From Burkholderiales bacterium (GTDB lineage Bacteria > Bacillota > Clostridia > Christensenellales > SZUA-584): a DNA stretch of 64,000 nt. Below, piece after piece: positions 53,501-63,365 of this stretch. Numbering within the stretch: the stretch's first letter is position 1; each line of letters begins with the position of its first letter. A model generated the notes under the pieces. It made no database searches. It was not told where the DNA came from and saw only the letters and a list, made by a program, of their open reading frames with translations. Location of the stretch: assembly GCA_050260375.1 (NCBI GenBank), contig JBLNCA010000037.1, positions 137,844-201,843 of the forward strand. The letters are read 5' to 3'. A program made the translations under genes and the position numbers.

Positions 53501-54820
53501 ATGGCTTACCATGACAGCTACGTGCAGTATTACAGGCAGCTGCCTGCCGACATAAAAAGACATAAATCAAGCGGCCTCGGTGTAATAATGGGCTACACGA
53601 GCGATCTTGACGTCATAATCGAATGGAACGGCCAAACGTTTAAAGACATATTATCGGCTTATCTGAAAGAGGAGCCGGCTTTAAAGCCCGGCGATACGAT
53701 AGACTCGATGGAATCTTTTGCGCGCATAGTGTGCTATTACATGATTCACGGGCTGGGCGGAGAGATAGACATAACAAACATCGAAGTATGCAAGTTTCTG
53801 GAAAGCAGGTTCAATACGGCGTTTGCGCTCGGCGGGACATGCGCGCAGGGCGCGGCGGCGCTCAATGCGGTGGGTTTTCCGGTTCTCGTACACATAACGG
53901 ACAGGTCGAGGGAAGTCTGCGTACAGATGAACGGGCAGGGCCTTGATACCGTTACGGAGCGAGGACGGGTTCCGATAATGGAAAGCGCGACTAAAGCACC
54001 GCCCGTGCGCCATATGATACTGCAGTACCCCAAGGGCGAGAAGATAGACATAAACGGAACCGTATACGAAACGCCCGTTTCCAACAGGCTAATAATGGAT
54101 TACGATACGGTACACAAAATGATGCCCATTGATAAATGCTTCCTGGATTACTGCGAAGCCAACGCAAAGCGCATGCTGGTATACAGCGTATCGGGTTTTA
54201 ACGGCATTATTGACCGCGGCATAATGGAAAAGAGGATAGACGAGGTTTCGGCGCATTATAAAAAGGTCAAGGAACAAAACCCGGGCTGCGTGATATTTCT
54301 TGAAGGCGCGCACTATCTAAACGCAGAGCTTAAAAACCTTGTGATTGAAAGGCTCTCGCGGCACATAGACATATACAGTATGAACGAGGAAGAACTCGTT
54401 GAGCATACTGCAAAGCACGGCATGCTTACTGATAAGGATAGTCTTTCTTCCATACTCGGAGGGCTTGAGTTCATGTTGGAAAGATACCCTGTTAAGGGTA
54501 TGGTTCTCCACACAAAGGATTATTCAATGTACTTTGGCGACGAACTCAGAAGGGCAGACTTCGAAAAAGGCCTTACACTGGGCAACCTGATGTCGGCAAC
54601 AAGGGCCAGAACGGGAAAATACGGAACATACAGCGATTGCGGCGAATCGCTGAGTCTGCCCTTAAGCCCCTCAGGGGTTGCTTTCGCGGAGCAACTCAAA
54701 TCGCTGCGGACGGGGAAGCACGTTTGTTTGGTGCCCTCGCGATATATGGAGCATCCGAAATATACGATAGGCCTTGGCGACACGTTTATGGCGGGGTTCC
54801 TCACATCTTTCGCAGACTGA
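53501..54820 (+). CDS. ADP-dependent glucokinase/phosphofructokinase-family (PF04587-like) sugar kinase
   Basis: 439 aa. MGYTSDLDVI, ALGGTCAQGAAALN, a NEEE (NxxE) motif, and GLGDTFMAGF only ~15 aa from the C-terminus. Size and motif spacing fit the ADP-dependent branch rather than PfkB. Confidence 0.55.
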   Translation: MAYHDSYVQYYRQLPADIKRHKSSGLGVIMGYTSDLDVIIEWNGQTFKDILSAYLKEEPALKPGDTIDSMESFARIVCYYMIHGLGGEIDITNIEVCKFLESRFNTAFALGGTCAQGAAALNAVGFPVLVHITDRSREVCVQMNGQGLDTVTERGRVPIMESATKAPPVRHMILQYPKGEKIDINGTVYETPVSNRLIMDYDTVHKMMPIDKCFLDYCEANAKRMLVYSVSGFNGIIDRGIMEKRIDEVSAHYKKVKEQNPGCVIFLEGAHYLNAELKNLVIERLSRHIDIYSMNEEELVEHTAKHGMLTDKDSLSSILGGLEFMLERYPVKGMVLHTKDYSMYFGDELRRADFEKGLTLGNLMSATRARTGKYGTYSDCGESLSLPLSPSGVAFAEQLKSLRTGKHVCLVPSRYMEHPKYTIGLGDTFMAGFLTSFAD

Positions 54821-54833
54821 CAGGAGGATTACA

Positions 54834-56336
54834 GTGGCGTTACTGATGGGAATTGACCTTGGCACGTCCAGCCTAAAGACAATAATAATAAATGAGTCGG
54901 GCGCACTGAAAGCGCTGAGCCACCGCGAATATACTTTTGATTCTCCCCGCCAGGGTTATGCGGAGCAGGATCCCGAAGTCTGGTGGAAAGCCTGCTGCGA
55001 AACCGTCAGAGAAGCCATTGCGGCATGCGGCTCTCCCGCGTCCGAGATTGCGGGGGTGAGTTTTTCCGGCCAGATGCACGGCCTTGTCATGTTGGACCGC
55101 GAATACCGCGTCGTGCGCCCGGCGATATTGCACTGCGACGCCCGCTCCGACGAGCAGGTTGAAGAGCTTCGTTTAGAGTTCGGCAAAGACGGCGTATGCA
55201 GGCATATGATGAACCCCGTTTATACGGGATTCCTGCTGCCTTCGCTTATGTGGGTAAGGCGGCATGAGCCCGAAAACTACGAAAAGATACGCTACGTATG
55301 CCTGCCCAAAGACTATCTTAAATTCAGGATGACAGGAGAGCTTTCTTCGGATTATTCGGACGCTTCCGCCACGCTTGCTTTTGACATTATAAGCGGCGTG
55401 TGGTCAAAGCATATACTTGAGCGCGTAAGCGTACCTTCCGAGCTTTTTCCGCGCTGCTACGGGACGACTGAGAATACCGGCCGCGTATGTGCGAGTGCGG
55501 CGCAGCAGACAGGCCTTTCGGAAAAGACGGCCGTTGCGGCGGGCGGCGGGGACCAGGTAATGCAAAGCATAGGCAACGGCATGGTTAAGCCGGGAGACGC
55601 GACGGTCAATATAGGCAGCAGCGGGCAGGTCAGCTTCCAGATAGATAAACCGGTGCTTAACCCGGAGCTGAATACGAATATGTTCTGCGGCTACAGAAAG
55701 GGAAGCTGGATACTTTTCGGAGCGACGATGACGGCGGGGCTGTCGCTTGTCTGGTGGCACAGGATAATAGGCGATATAAACTATGACGTGCTGAATAGGG
55801 AAGTCGGCGCCGTCCTGCCCGGAAGCGGCGGGGTGGTATTCCTGCCGTATCTTAACGGGGAGCGGACGCCTCATGTGAACCCGAATTTAAGCGGCATGTT
55901 CCTCGGCGTCAATATAGGAACAACCCGCGCGCATATGACAAAAGCCGTAATGGAAGGCGTCGCGTTCTCGCTGATGCAGTGTATAGAGATATGCGAAAGC
56001 CTCGGGTTTAAAGCGGAAACGCTCGTGGCGTCGGGCGGGGGAGCAAGGAGCAAACCGTGGCTGCAGCTGCAGGCGGATATATACAACATACCGCTGAGGG
56101 TTTCCGAAACGACGGAGCAGGCCGGCATGGGCGCGGCACTTGCGGCGGGCGTGGGAGCCGGAGTGTATTCGGACCTGGAGGAAGCCTGCCGGGCCGCGGT
56201 GAGCTACAAAGACGAGCTGATTATACCCGACCCGCAGCGCCATCAGGTATACAGCGAATACTACGGGCTTTATAAGGAAGCGTATCTCTCAAGCAAGGAT
56301 GAGCTTAAAAAAGCCGCTTTGATGGGGAGAAAGTAA
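54834..56336 (+). CDS. FGGY-family kinase (xylulokinase-like)
   Basis: MGIDLGTSSLKT, GQMHGLVMLD and GGGARS motifs. GTG 54834 lies 6 nt after AGGAGG. Confidence 0.85.
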   Translation: MALLMGIDLGTSSLKTIIINESGALKALSHREYTFDSPRQGYAEQDPEVWWKACCETVREAIAACGSPASEIAGVSFSGQMHGLVMLDREYRVVRPAILHCDARSDEQVEELRLEFGKDGVCRHMMNPVYTGFLLPSLMWVRRHEPENYEKIRYVCLPKDYLKFRMTGELSSDYSDASATLAFDIISGVWSKHILERVSVPSELFPRCYGTTENTGRVCASAAQQTGLSEKTAVAAGGGDQVMQSIGNGMVKPGDATVNIGSSGQVSFQIDKPVLNPELNTNMFCGYRKGSWILFGATMTAGLSLVWWHRIIGDINYDVLNREVGAVLPGSGGVVFLPYLNGERTPHVNPNLSGMFLGVNIGTTRAHMTKAVMEGVAFSLMQCIEICESLGFKAETLVASGGGARSKPWLQLQADIYNIPLRVSETTEQAGMGAALAAGVGAGVYSDLEEACRAAVSYKDELIIPDPQRHQVYSEYYGLYKEAYLSSKDELKKAALMGRK

Positions 56337-56367
56337 GCAAGCACAATATTAAGGTGAGGTGATATAT

Positions 56368-57894
56368 TTGGCCGAGAACGTTAAAAAGGATTACGAATAT
56401 ATACTGGACTGTCAGGGCATCTACAAGGCGTTCGGCGGAACGCACGCGCTGCAGGACGTTCAGTTCCGCGTAAAGAAAGGCCAGGTACACGCGCTTTTAG
56501 GCGAGAACGGCGCCGGAAAGTCGACGTTGATGAAGATAATAATCGGCCTTATCAACAAGGACGCGGGCGAAATAACGTTCGAAGGGAAACCGTACAACGT
56601 CAGCGGCCCCGCCGAAGCTATAAAAGCCGGGATATCGATGATTCATCAGGAGCTGAACCCCGAGCCTTATCTGTCGATAGCCGAGAGCATATTCCTAAAG
56701 CGCGAAGACACTTTTAAGCATCTGCCGTTTCTTAACAAGGGGGAAACCAACCGCAAGGCGGCCGAGATACTTAAACAGTACAACTTGAACCTCAGCCCCA
56801 AGATGCTCATGGAACAGCTTACGCTCGCCCAGATGCAGATGATAGAGATACTTAAAGCGGTATCGTGCAACGCGCGGCTTGTGATAATGGACGAGCCGAC
56901 GTCTTCGCTGGACAGCGAGGAAACCGAGCGGCTGTTCGAGACTATACGCAGCCTCAAAGAGCAGGGCGTAACGGTAATATATATATCTCACCGCATGGAA
57001 GAAATATTCAAGATATGCGACTCGTATTCGGTGTTCCGCGACGGCAGGTTCATAGGGTCGGGCAATGTTGCGGATATAACGTCCAACGATCTGATATCGA
57101 TGATGGTCGGGCGAACTGTAGAGAACATATTCCCCAAAGTAGATTGCAAGATAGGCGACGTTGTGTTCAAGGCGGAAGGGCTAACCGGCAAGGGATTCAG
57201 CGACATCAGCTTTGAAGTCCGCAGTGGAGAGATACTTGGTATCGCGGGGCTCGTCGGCTCGGGACGCAGCGAAACCATGCGCGCCATATTCGGGCTTGAT
57301 CCTCTTTGGAGCGGCAAGATGTATTTAAACGGTAAAGAGCTGAAGATAAAGAGCCCCGGCGACGCGATCGGAAAGGGCATAGCGATGATAAACGAGGACC
57401 GCAAAGACTACGGCCTGTGCCTTTTCAGGTCGATACGCGAAAACATATCGCTTCCCAACCTGCGCAGCAGGCAGAGAGGCTTGCTGCTTAACCAGAAGAG
57501 GGAAAAGGCTGAATGCAGAGACGTCGCCAGGACGCTTACCGTTAAAATGGCAAGCATAGAATCCGAGGCGTTCTCGCTGAGCGGCGGCAATCAGCAGAAG
57601 GTGGTCATTTCAAAATGGGTAATGGCGAAGCCCAAGCTGCTTATCATGGACGAACCGACAAGGGGCGTAGACGTAGGCGCTAAGGCTGAGATACACGCGC
57701 TGATGAGCAAATTTGCCTCGGAGGGAATGGCGATAATAATGGTCTCCTCAGAATTGCCGGAGATAATGGGCATGAGCGACAGAATACTCATATATCACGA
57801 AGGCAGGCTCAACGGAGAAATATTCCGCAAAGATATACTTTCGGGCAAGGCAGACCAGGAATATATACTGGCAAAAGAATTTGGTGAGAAATAG
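56368..57894 (+). CDS. Sugar ABC importer ATPase (RbsA/MglA-type, duplicated NBD)
   Basis: GENGAGKST and IMDEPTSSLD in the first NBD; LSGGNQQKV and IMDEPTRGVD in the second. The TTG 56368 versus GTG 56359 start is uncertain. Confidence 0.88.
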   Translation: MAENVKKDYEYILDCQGIYKAFGGTHALQDVQFRVKKGQVHALLGENGAGKSTLMKIIIGLINKDAGEITFEGKPYNVSGPAEAIKAGISMIHQELNPEPYLSIAESIFLKREDTFKHLPFLNKGETNRKAAEILKQYNLNLSPKMLMEQLTLAQMQMIEILKAVSCNARLVIMDEPTSSLDSEETERLFETIRSLKEQGVTVIYISHRMEEIFKICDSYSVFRDGRFIGSGNVADITSNDLISMMVGRTVENIFPKVDCKIGDVVFKAEGLTGKGFSDISFEVRSGEILGIAGLVGSGRSETMRAIFGLDPLWSGKMYLNGKELKIKSPGDAIGKGIAMINEDRKDYGLCLFRSIRENISLPNLRSRQRGLLLNQKREKAECRDVARTLTVKMASIESEAFSLSGGNQQKVVISKWVMAKPKLLIMDEPTRGVDVGAKAEIHALMSKFASEGMAIIMVSSELPEIMGMSDRILIYHEGRLNGEIFRKDILSGKADQEYILAKEFGEK

Positions 57895-57904
57895 GGAGGA
57901 AACC

Positions 57905-58885
57905 ATGGACGCAAAGAAGGAAAAAAGGATCCTCGGGATGGATCAGCATGATTTCAGTCTTTTTATGAAACGTTACGGAATTGTTTTCGTAATGATAGGC
58001 ATGTTTATTGTACTGTCGATCGCTTCGCCCAAGTTTCTGACGATGAGCAACATAACAAACGTGCTCTCTACCGTTGCATTGAACGGCGTGCTGGCGATGG
58101 GCATGGTGTTCGTAATAACGGCGGGAGGCATCGACCTCTCGATAGGCTCGATGCTCGCGCTCGCAAGTACCACAATAGGCGTTGTGCTGCAGCTTACCGG
58201 CGACAACCTGCTCGCGTGTATCGCCGCGGTAATTGCGTGCGGAATACTGGGATTGTTAAACGGGCTGCTCGTTGCAGGATTCAACATGTTCCCGTTCGTC
58301 GTGACGCTCGCGAGCCAGCTCGTTATACGCGGCCTCGGGTACGTGCTGTCGGGCGGATACTCGTTCGCTCTTGCCAACCCGTCGTTTACGCAGATAGGCC
58401 TCGGCAAGCTGTTCGACGCGATTCCCTACCCGATACTGATACTATTCGGCGTAACGATTTTATCCTACATACTGATGCACTGGACGAAATTCGGACGCTA
58501 CGTATATGCAACGGGCGGTAACATAAACGCCGCAAGAGCTTCGGGAGTCAACATATTCTGGACGCGCGTACTCACATACGTAATAAGCGGCACATTCTCG
58601 GCAATCGCGGGGATTATAATGACGGCCCGTATAAACGCCGCGCAGCCTAATATAGGCGTGGGCTACGAGACTGACGCAATTGCGGCCTGCGTAATAGGAG
58701 GCACCTCGTTCGCGGGTGGCATATCGACAATACCTGGAACGCTCGTAGGCATAGTGATAATAGGGCTCATCTACAACGGCATGAACCTTATAGGCATCGA
58801 GTCGTACTGGCAGACGATATTCAAAGGCCTGCTGATAATTGGCGCCGTCATGCTGGACATGACAATAAACAGAAAACGCTCATAA
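57905..58885 (+). CDS. Sugar ABC permease (RbsC-type)
   Basis: About 9-10 TMs, with TAGGIDLSIGS and GGTSFAGG motifs. ATG lies 5 nt after GGGAGG. Confidence 0.85.
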   Translation: MDAKKEKRILGMDQHDFSLFMKRYGIVFVMIGMFIVLSIASPKFLTMSNITNVLSTVALNGVLAMGMVFVITAGGIDLSIGSMLALASTTIGVVLQLTGDNLLACIAAVIACGILGLLNGLLVAGFNMFPFVVTLASQLVIRGLGYVLSGGYSFALANPSFTQIGLGKLFDAIPYPILILFGVTILSYILMHWTKFGRYVYATGGNINAARASGVNIFWTRVLTYVISGTFSAIAGIIMTARINAAQPNIGVGYETDAIAACVIGGTSFAGGISTIPGTLVGIVIIGLIYNGMNLIGIESYWQTIFKGLLIIGAVMLDMTINRKRS

Positions 58886-58960
58886 TCCGAGCAAATACAA
58901 ACGATAAAAGTTCTTTACCCCCAAAAGGGTTAAGATAAAAAAAAACTAGGAGGAAACAAA

Positions 58961-59983
58961 ATGAAGAAAGTATTAGCACTTGTAACTGTGTTGCTTCTGG
59001 TTGTGGCTTTTGCGGCATGTTCCGGAACGGCTACGCCGTCGGCACCGGCTTCACAGGCGCCCGAAAAATCGGAAGCTCCCGTATCTGAAGCGCCCGCTTC
59101 GCAGGAGCCGGCCGCCAGTGAAATCAACGTAGCCTATATCGCAAAGAACACAGTGGACGCGTTCCATGCAACGCTGAACGGCGCAGCCGAAAAGGCCCTC
59201 GACGCTCTCGTAGCGGACGGAACGATCGCCAAATGGCAGCTCTACGACGGCCTTACCGATCCTAACACGCAAGTCAACCTGATCGAAGACGCCATAAACA
59301 ACGGCGCAAACTTCGTTATACTGCTTCCCGCTGAAAGCGAAGGCAGCGCGCCTGTTGTAAAACGCTGCGCAGATGCAGGCATTCCTATAGTTGTCGTAAA
59401 CTCGATGACGAACAACACGGATGAACTTGCCACTTCGTTCGTTGGCTCCGACGACGTTGAGGCCGGTGAGATAATGGCCAACTTCGTAATTGAGCAGCTT
59501 CCGGAAGGCGGCAAGTACGCTCATATGATGGGTATCGTAGGCAACTCCGCTCAGATTCAGAGGGGCGAAGGCATTGCGAACATCATGGGCAAGAACGACA
59601 AGTGGGAAAGCGTTGGCGATTTCGCGGCTGACTGGTCGGCTGACAAAGCGGTTCAGTTTGCTACGGACGCTCTGACGCAGTACGGCGACGAGCTCAAAGC
59701 CATCATCTGCGACAACGACGACATGTCGTCCGCGGTTCAGGCTTACTGCAACTCCGTTGACCGCAAAGACATCGTCTGCATCGGCGTAGACGGCAATGCC
59801 GGCCCGCTCCAGATGGTCAAAGACGGAACGCTCCGCGCAACGGTGCTTCAGGACGGCGCAGCTCAGGTAGAAGCCGCTATAGCGCTTATACCGGACATCA
59901 TCGCTAAAAAGACCGTTGAGAAGAAGATAATGATCCCCTTCACGCTGGTTACGCCCGAGAACGTTGACCAGTATCTCAAATAG
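58961..59983 (+). CDS. Sugar-binding lipoprotein (RbsB-type periplasmic binding protein fold)
   Basis: Lipobox VAFAAC, a Ser/Pro/Ala/Glu linker, then a type I PBP pattern (IAKNTVDAFH..VVNS..ICDNDDM). Confidence 0.8.
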   Translation: MKKVLALVTVLLLVVAFAACSGTATPSAPASQAPEKSEAPVSEAPASQEPAASEINVAYIAKNTVDAFHATLNGAAEKALDALVADGTIAKWQLYDGLTDPNTQVNLIEDAINNGANFVILLPAESEGSAPVVKRCADAGIPIVVVNSMTNNTDELATSFVGSDDVEAGEIMANFVIEQLPEGGKYAHMMGIVGNSAQIQRGEGIANIMGKNDKWESVGDFAADWSADKAVQFATDALTQYGDELKAIICDNDDMSSAVQAYCNSVDRKDIVCIGVDGNAGPLQMVKDGTLRATVLQDGAAQVEAAIALIPDIIAKKTVEKKIMIPFTLVTPENVDQYLK

Positions 59984-60019
59984 TAAAACATTATGAGGGA
60001 ATCAGGAGAATGAATGAGG

Positions 60020-60057
60020 GGTTAGAAGCGGCCCTTATGAAAGGGCTGCTTCTAACC
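60020..60057. repeat. 17-bp-stem hairpin downstream of the binding-protein gene
   Basis: GGTTAGAAGCGGCCCTT-atga-AAGGGCTGCTTCTAACC with one G-U pair and no U-tract. Confidence 0.8.
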
Positions 60058-60065
60058 AAAATGAA

Positions 60066-60083
60066 GCGCTATTTAAATAGCGC
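60066..60083. promoter_or_regulatory. Perfect 18-bp palindrome (candidate operator)
   Basis: GCGCTATTTAAATAGCGC, about 170 nt upstream of the aldolase gene. Confidence 0.4.
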
Positions 60084-60255
60084 AGGGAACGCAACAAACG
60101 CCATCATATATAGAAAAGCACAGATGAAAATCGGCGTCAGATATTCACTGTATGCCAAAACAAAAGCGGCGTGGGTCAGCCGCTACTAACTTTTTGAAAA
60201 AAATGTCGGCTTAAGCCGGTATTGATTATAATTTAAAAATTGGAGGAATGCAACT

Positions 60256-61125
60256 GTGTTAGTGAACATTAAGGAGATATTGGCGGTAGCCAATGAACGC
60301 AATTTCGCAATACCGGCATTTAATATAGGCACCGGCCAGATACTGAAGGCAGTTATTGAATGTTCGGAAGAGAAGAAAGCGCCTGTTATATTGGCGGTGC
60401 ATCCAAAGGAACTCGAGTTTCAGGGCGACAGCTTCATGGCTAGCTGCATAAGCGCCGCAAACGCGGCAAAGGTGCCGGTATGCGTTCATATGGACCACAG
60501 CACCAGCCTTGAACAGGTGCTGCACGCCGTACGCACCGGTTTTACGTCCGTTATGATAGACGCTTCGCACCTGCCGTTTGAGGAAAACGTAGCCATATCA
60601 AAGAAAGTCGTGGAAATGGTACATCCGCTGGGCGTCTCCGTAGAGGCCGAGCTCGGCACTATAGGCACGACGGACAACGATAAAGAAGGCGGCGCGGAAG
60701 ATATCATATACACCGACCCGGACGACGCGGCGAGGTTTGTGGAAGCGACGGGTATAGACTGCCTCGCGATAGCGATAGGCACGGCGCACGGCATATACCC
60801 CAAAGGCTTCAAGCCTGAGCTCAAGCTCGACCTTTTAAGCAAGATAAAAAGAAGAGTAAGCATTCCGCTGGTGTTGCACGGAGGCTCCGCCAATCCCGAC
60901 GAAGAGATAGCCAAGAGCGTAAAGCGCGGTATAAACAAGATAAACATATCCTCGGATATAAAGGACGCTTTCTATCAGCAGCTGAGGAAAACGCTGTCCG
61001 CCGACGCAAAAGTGCGCGAGCCGTTTGAGCTTTATGTCGACAGCATTAACGCGATGAAAAAGGTGATCAACCAAAAGATAGATCTTTTCAATGCCGCAAA
61101 TCAAATTCAATACTACAAACTATAG
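60256..61125 (+). CDS. Class II ketose-bisphosphate aldolase (FbaA/GatY/KbaY family)
   Basis: FAIPAFNI, HMDH, EAELGTIG, AIGTAHG and LVLHGGS motifs. Confidence 0.88.
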   Translation: MLVNIKEILAVANERNFAIPAFNIGTGQILKAVIECSEEKKAPVILAVHPKELEFQGDSFMASCISAANAAKVPVCVHMDHSTSLEQVLHAVRTGFTSVMIDASHLPFEENVAISKKVVEMVHPLGVSVEAELGTIGTTDNDKEGGAEDIIYTDPDDAARFVEATGIDCLAIAIGTAHGIYPKGFKPELKLDLLSKIKRRVSIPLVLHGGSANPDEEIAKSVKRGINKINISSDIKDAFYQQLRKTLSADAKVREPFELYVDSINAMKKVINQKIDLFNAANQIQYYKL

Positions 61126-61181
61126 GCTGAAAAGAGTATCAACACCGTTATTATTTTGTATTTGACAAGGGAGGCAATCTT

Positions 61182-62384
61182 ATGTCCAAAGAACGGATTA
61201 AAGAGATATTTAAAAAGGGAAACGGAGTGCTTCAGCTTACCCCGACGTGGGTTCCGAGAGGGTTTAACGAACCGGGGCGCAGACTAAGGCTTCATCCCGA
61301 CGATTATTTCGCGTTCGGCATGGACCGCGGCGGTATATGCGAACGCTGGCTAGGCTCTGTCACCGTTGCGCTGAACGGACCTAAGACCGGCCCGACGGAA
61401 GGCATGAGCTTTGTGCTTGCTGACGCAGCGACAGGCGAGAAGATACTTTTCGCTGACGCAGTGGAAGAGCTGGGCGCCGACCTTATAGGCGAAGAATTGC
61501 AAAATAAATATGGCACCTGGCCCACGTTTGCCAAGCTTTACGATTACGACAAGCCGCTGTTCCATCACCTGCACCTTACCGAACAGCTTGCGCAGCGCAT
61601 AGGCCGCCACGGCAAGCCGGAAGCGTATTATTTCCCAATACAGTACAACGGGTACCTCGGAAGGTTCCCGCTCACATATTTCGGGTTCGACCCGTCCACT
61701 ACCAAGGAACAGGTAAAAGACTGCATACGGAACTACAGCAAGTTTGATACGCGCATAACCGAGCTTTCGCGTGCTTACAGGATACAGCTGGGCACCGGCT
61801 GGTACACTCCCGCGGGCGTCATACACGCTCCCGCTTCCGTCGTGACGTACGAGCCGCAATGGAACAGCGACGTCAACACTATAATGGAAAACGTGACGAT
61901 GGGCGAAGTCAACCCGCCAAATCTGCTTACCGACTGCCAGCCTCCCGAAGAGAAGGGCGATGTGGAAGCGCTGTTTGCTCAGATAGACTGGGAAGAGAGC
62001 ACCCGTCCCGACTATAAGGAGAAGTATTTCAGGGCTCCGAAGGCTATCCCGGAAACGCAAAAAGGGCTGACGGAAAAATGGGTCGCTTACGCAAACGAAT
62101 GGATAGGGGCAAAAGAAGTAACGGTTGCGCCCGGAGCTAGCGTTCAGCTGTACGACGAAGCATGCTACTGCGCTCTCGTGGTTCAGGGTCACGGAAAGTT
62201 CGGAGTGTTTGAATGCGAGTCGCCAGGGGTTTTGAGATTCGGCGACATCTCCGGCGACGAGTTCTTCGTATCCGAAGCTTCCGCCAAAAAAGGAATAGAA
62301 ATCGTTAACACCGGCAAGTACGAGCCTCTTGTAATATTGCAGAACTTTGCCAACAACAACCCTGCGGTACCGCAGACGGTCTAG
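61182..62384 (+). CDS. Cupin-type sugar isomerase, class I phosphomannose-isomerase-like
   Basis: FAKLYDYDKPLFHHLHL and GKPEAYYF resemble the PMI zinc-site blocks (QVHP / KPE.WY); 400 aa. The assignment is weak. Confidence 0.4.
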   Translation: MSKERIKEIFKKGNGVLQLTPTWVPRGFNEPGRRLRLHPDDYFAFGMDRGGICERWLGSVTVALNGPKTGPTEGMSFVLADAATGEKILFADAVEELGADLIGEELQNKYGTWPTFAKLYDYDKPLFHHLHLTEQLAQRIGRHGKPEAYYFPIQYNGYLGRFPLTYFGFDPSTTKEQVKDCIRNYSKFDTRITELSRAYRIQLGTGWYTPAGVIHAPASVVTYEPQWNSDVNTIMENVTMGEVNPPNLLTDCQPPEEKGDVEALFAQIDWEESTRPDYKEKYFRAPKAIPETQKGLTEKWVAYANEWIGAKEVTVAPGASVQLYDEACYCALVVQGHGKFGVFECESPGVLRFGDISGDEFFVSEASAKKGIEIVNTGKYEPLVILQNFANNNPAVPQTV

Positions 62385-62396
62385 GAGGCTTAAATT

Positions 62397-63254
62397 ATGT
62401 ATTTTAAATTTGGCGTAGACAGCTTTATATGGACTGAAAGCTTTAGCGAAAAGGATATCTGGATAATCGAGAAAGCAAAGGATATGGGCTTTGAGGTCAT
62501 AGACTTCGCGATATCAAACCCGTTTACGTTCCCCACTGGCAAAGTCAAAAGCGAACTTGAGCGGGTGGGCATAGAATGCGTATGCACGACTACGCTGACG
62601 CCGGCGACAAATCCCATATCTCCCGATCCCGCAGTGCGCGCCGAAGCGGTAAAGGCAATGAAAAAGTGCGTGGATATATGCAACGAGCTGGGCGCGCCCA
62701 TACTCGGCGGCGTCAACTATGCCGCGTGGGGATATCTTACCAGGCGCCCGCGCACAGACGAGGAATGGAATTGGGGCGTCGAGTGCATGCGGGAGTCCGC
62801 ACTGTACGCCAAGGAAACAGGCAGCGTCGTTATATGCGTAGAGTGCGTAAACCGTTTTGAGACGCACTTTTTAAACATCGCGGAAGACGCGGTGAAGTTC
62901 TGCAAGGATGTGGGCACAGGCAATATGAAGGTGCACCTTGACTGCTTCCATATGATACGCGAGGAGAAGAGCTTCTCGGGCGCCGTCAAAACATGCGGCA
63001 AGGAATACCTTGGGTATATACATGTGAATGAGAACGACCGCGGCATACCGGGCACGGGGCTTGTGCCTTTTAAGGAATTCCTTGCGGCGGTGGCCGAAGT
63101 TGGGTACGACGGGCCGCTGGTAATAGAGTCGTTCGACCCGAGCTTTACGGAACTCGCGGGCAACTGCGCAATATGGAGAACGTTCGCGCCGACCGGCGAA
63201 GCGCTCGCCAGAGATGGCCTTGCCAACCTAAAGGCTATCGCGGCGCAGCTGTAG
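62397..63254 (+). CDS. Xylose-isomerase-like TIM-barrel ketose 3-epimerase (DTE/DPE family)
   Basis: FGVDSFIWTE, CVECVNRFE, HLDCFHM, IHVNENDRGIPGTG and VIESF motifs. Confidence 0.75.
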   Translation: MYFKFGVDSFIWTESFSEKDIWIIEKAKDMGFEVIDFAISNPFTFPTGKVKSELERVGIECVCTTTLTPATNPISPDPAVRAEAVKAMKKCVDICNELGAPILGGVNYAAWGYLTRRPRTDEEWNWGVECMRESALYAKETGSVVICVECVNRFETHFLNIAEDAVKFCKDVGTGNMKVHLDCFHMIREEKSFSGAVKTCGKEYLGYIHVNENDRGIPGTGLVPFKEFLAAVAEVGYDGPLVIESFDPSFTELAGNCAIWRTFAPTGEALARDGLANLKAIAAQL

Positions 63255-63365
63255 TAATGCGGACTTTGGCGCCAAGGATGCAATATCCTTGCCATATGAA
63301 TTAGAACCGTTAAAGACCGGCGGGAAGAAAAAACGTACTGAGTTTTAAAAGGAGGGCGGCGACAT

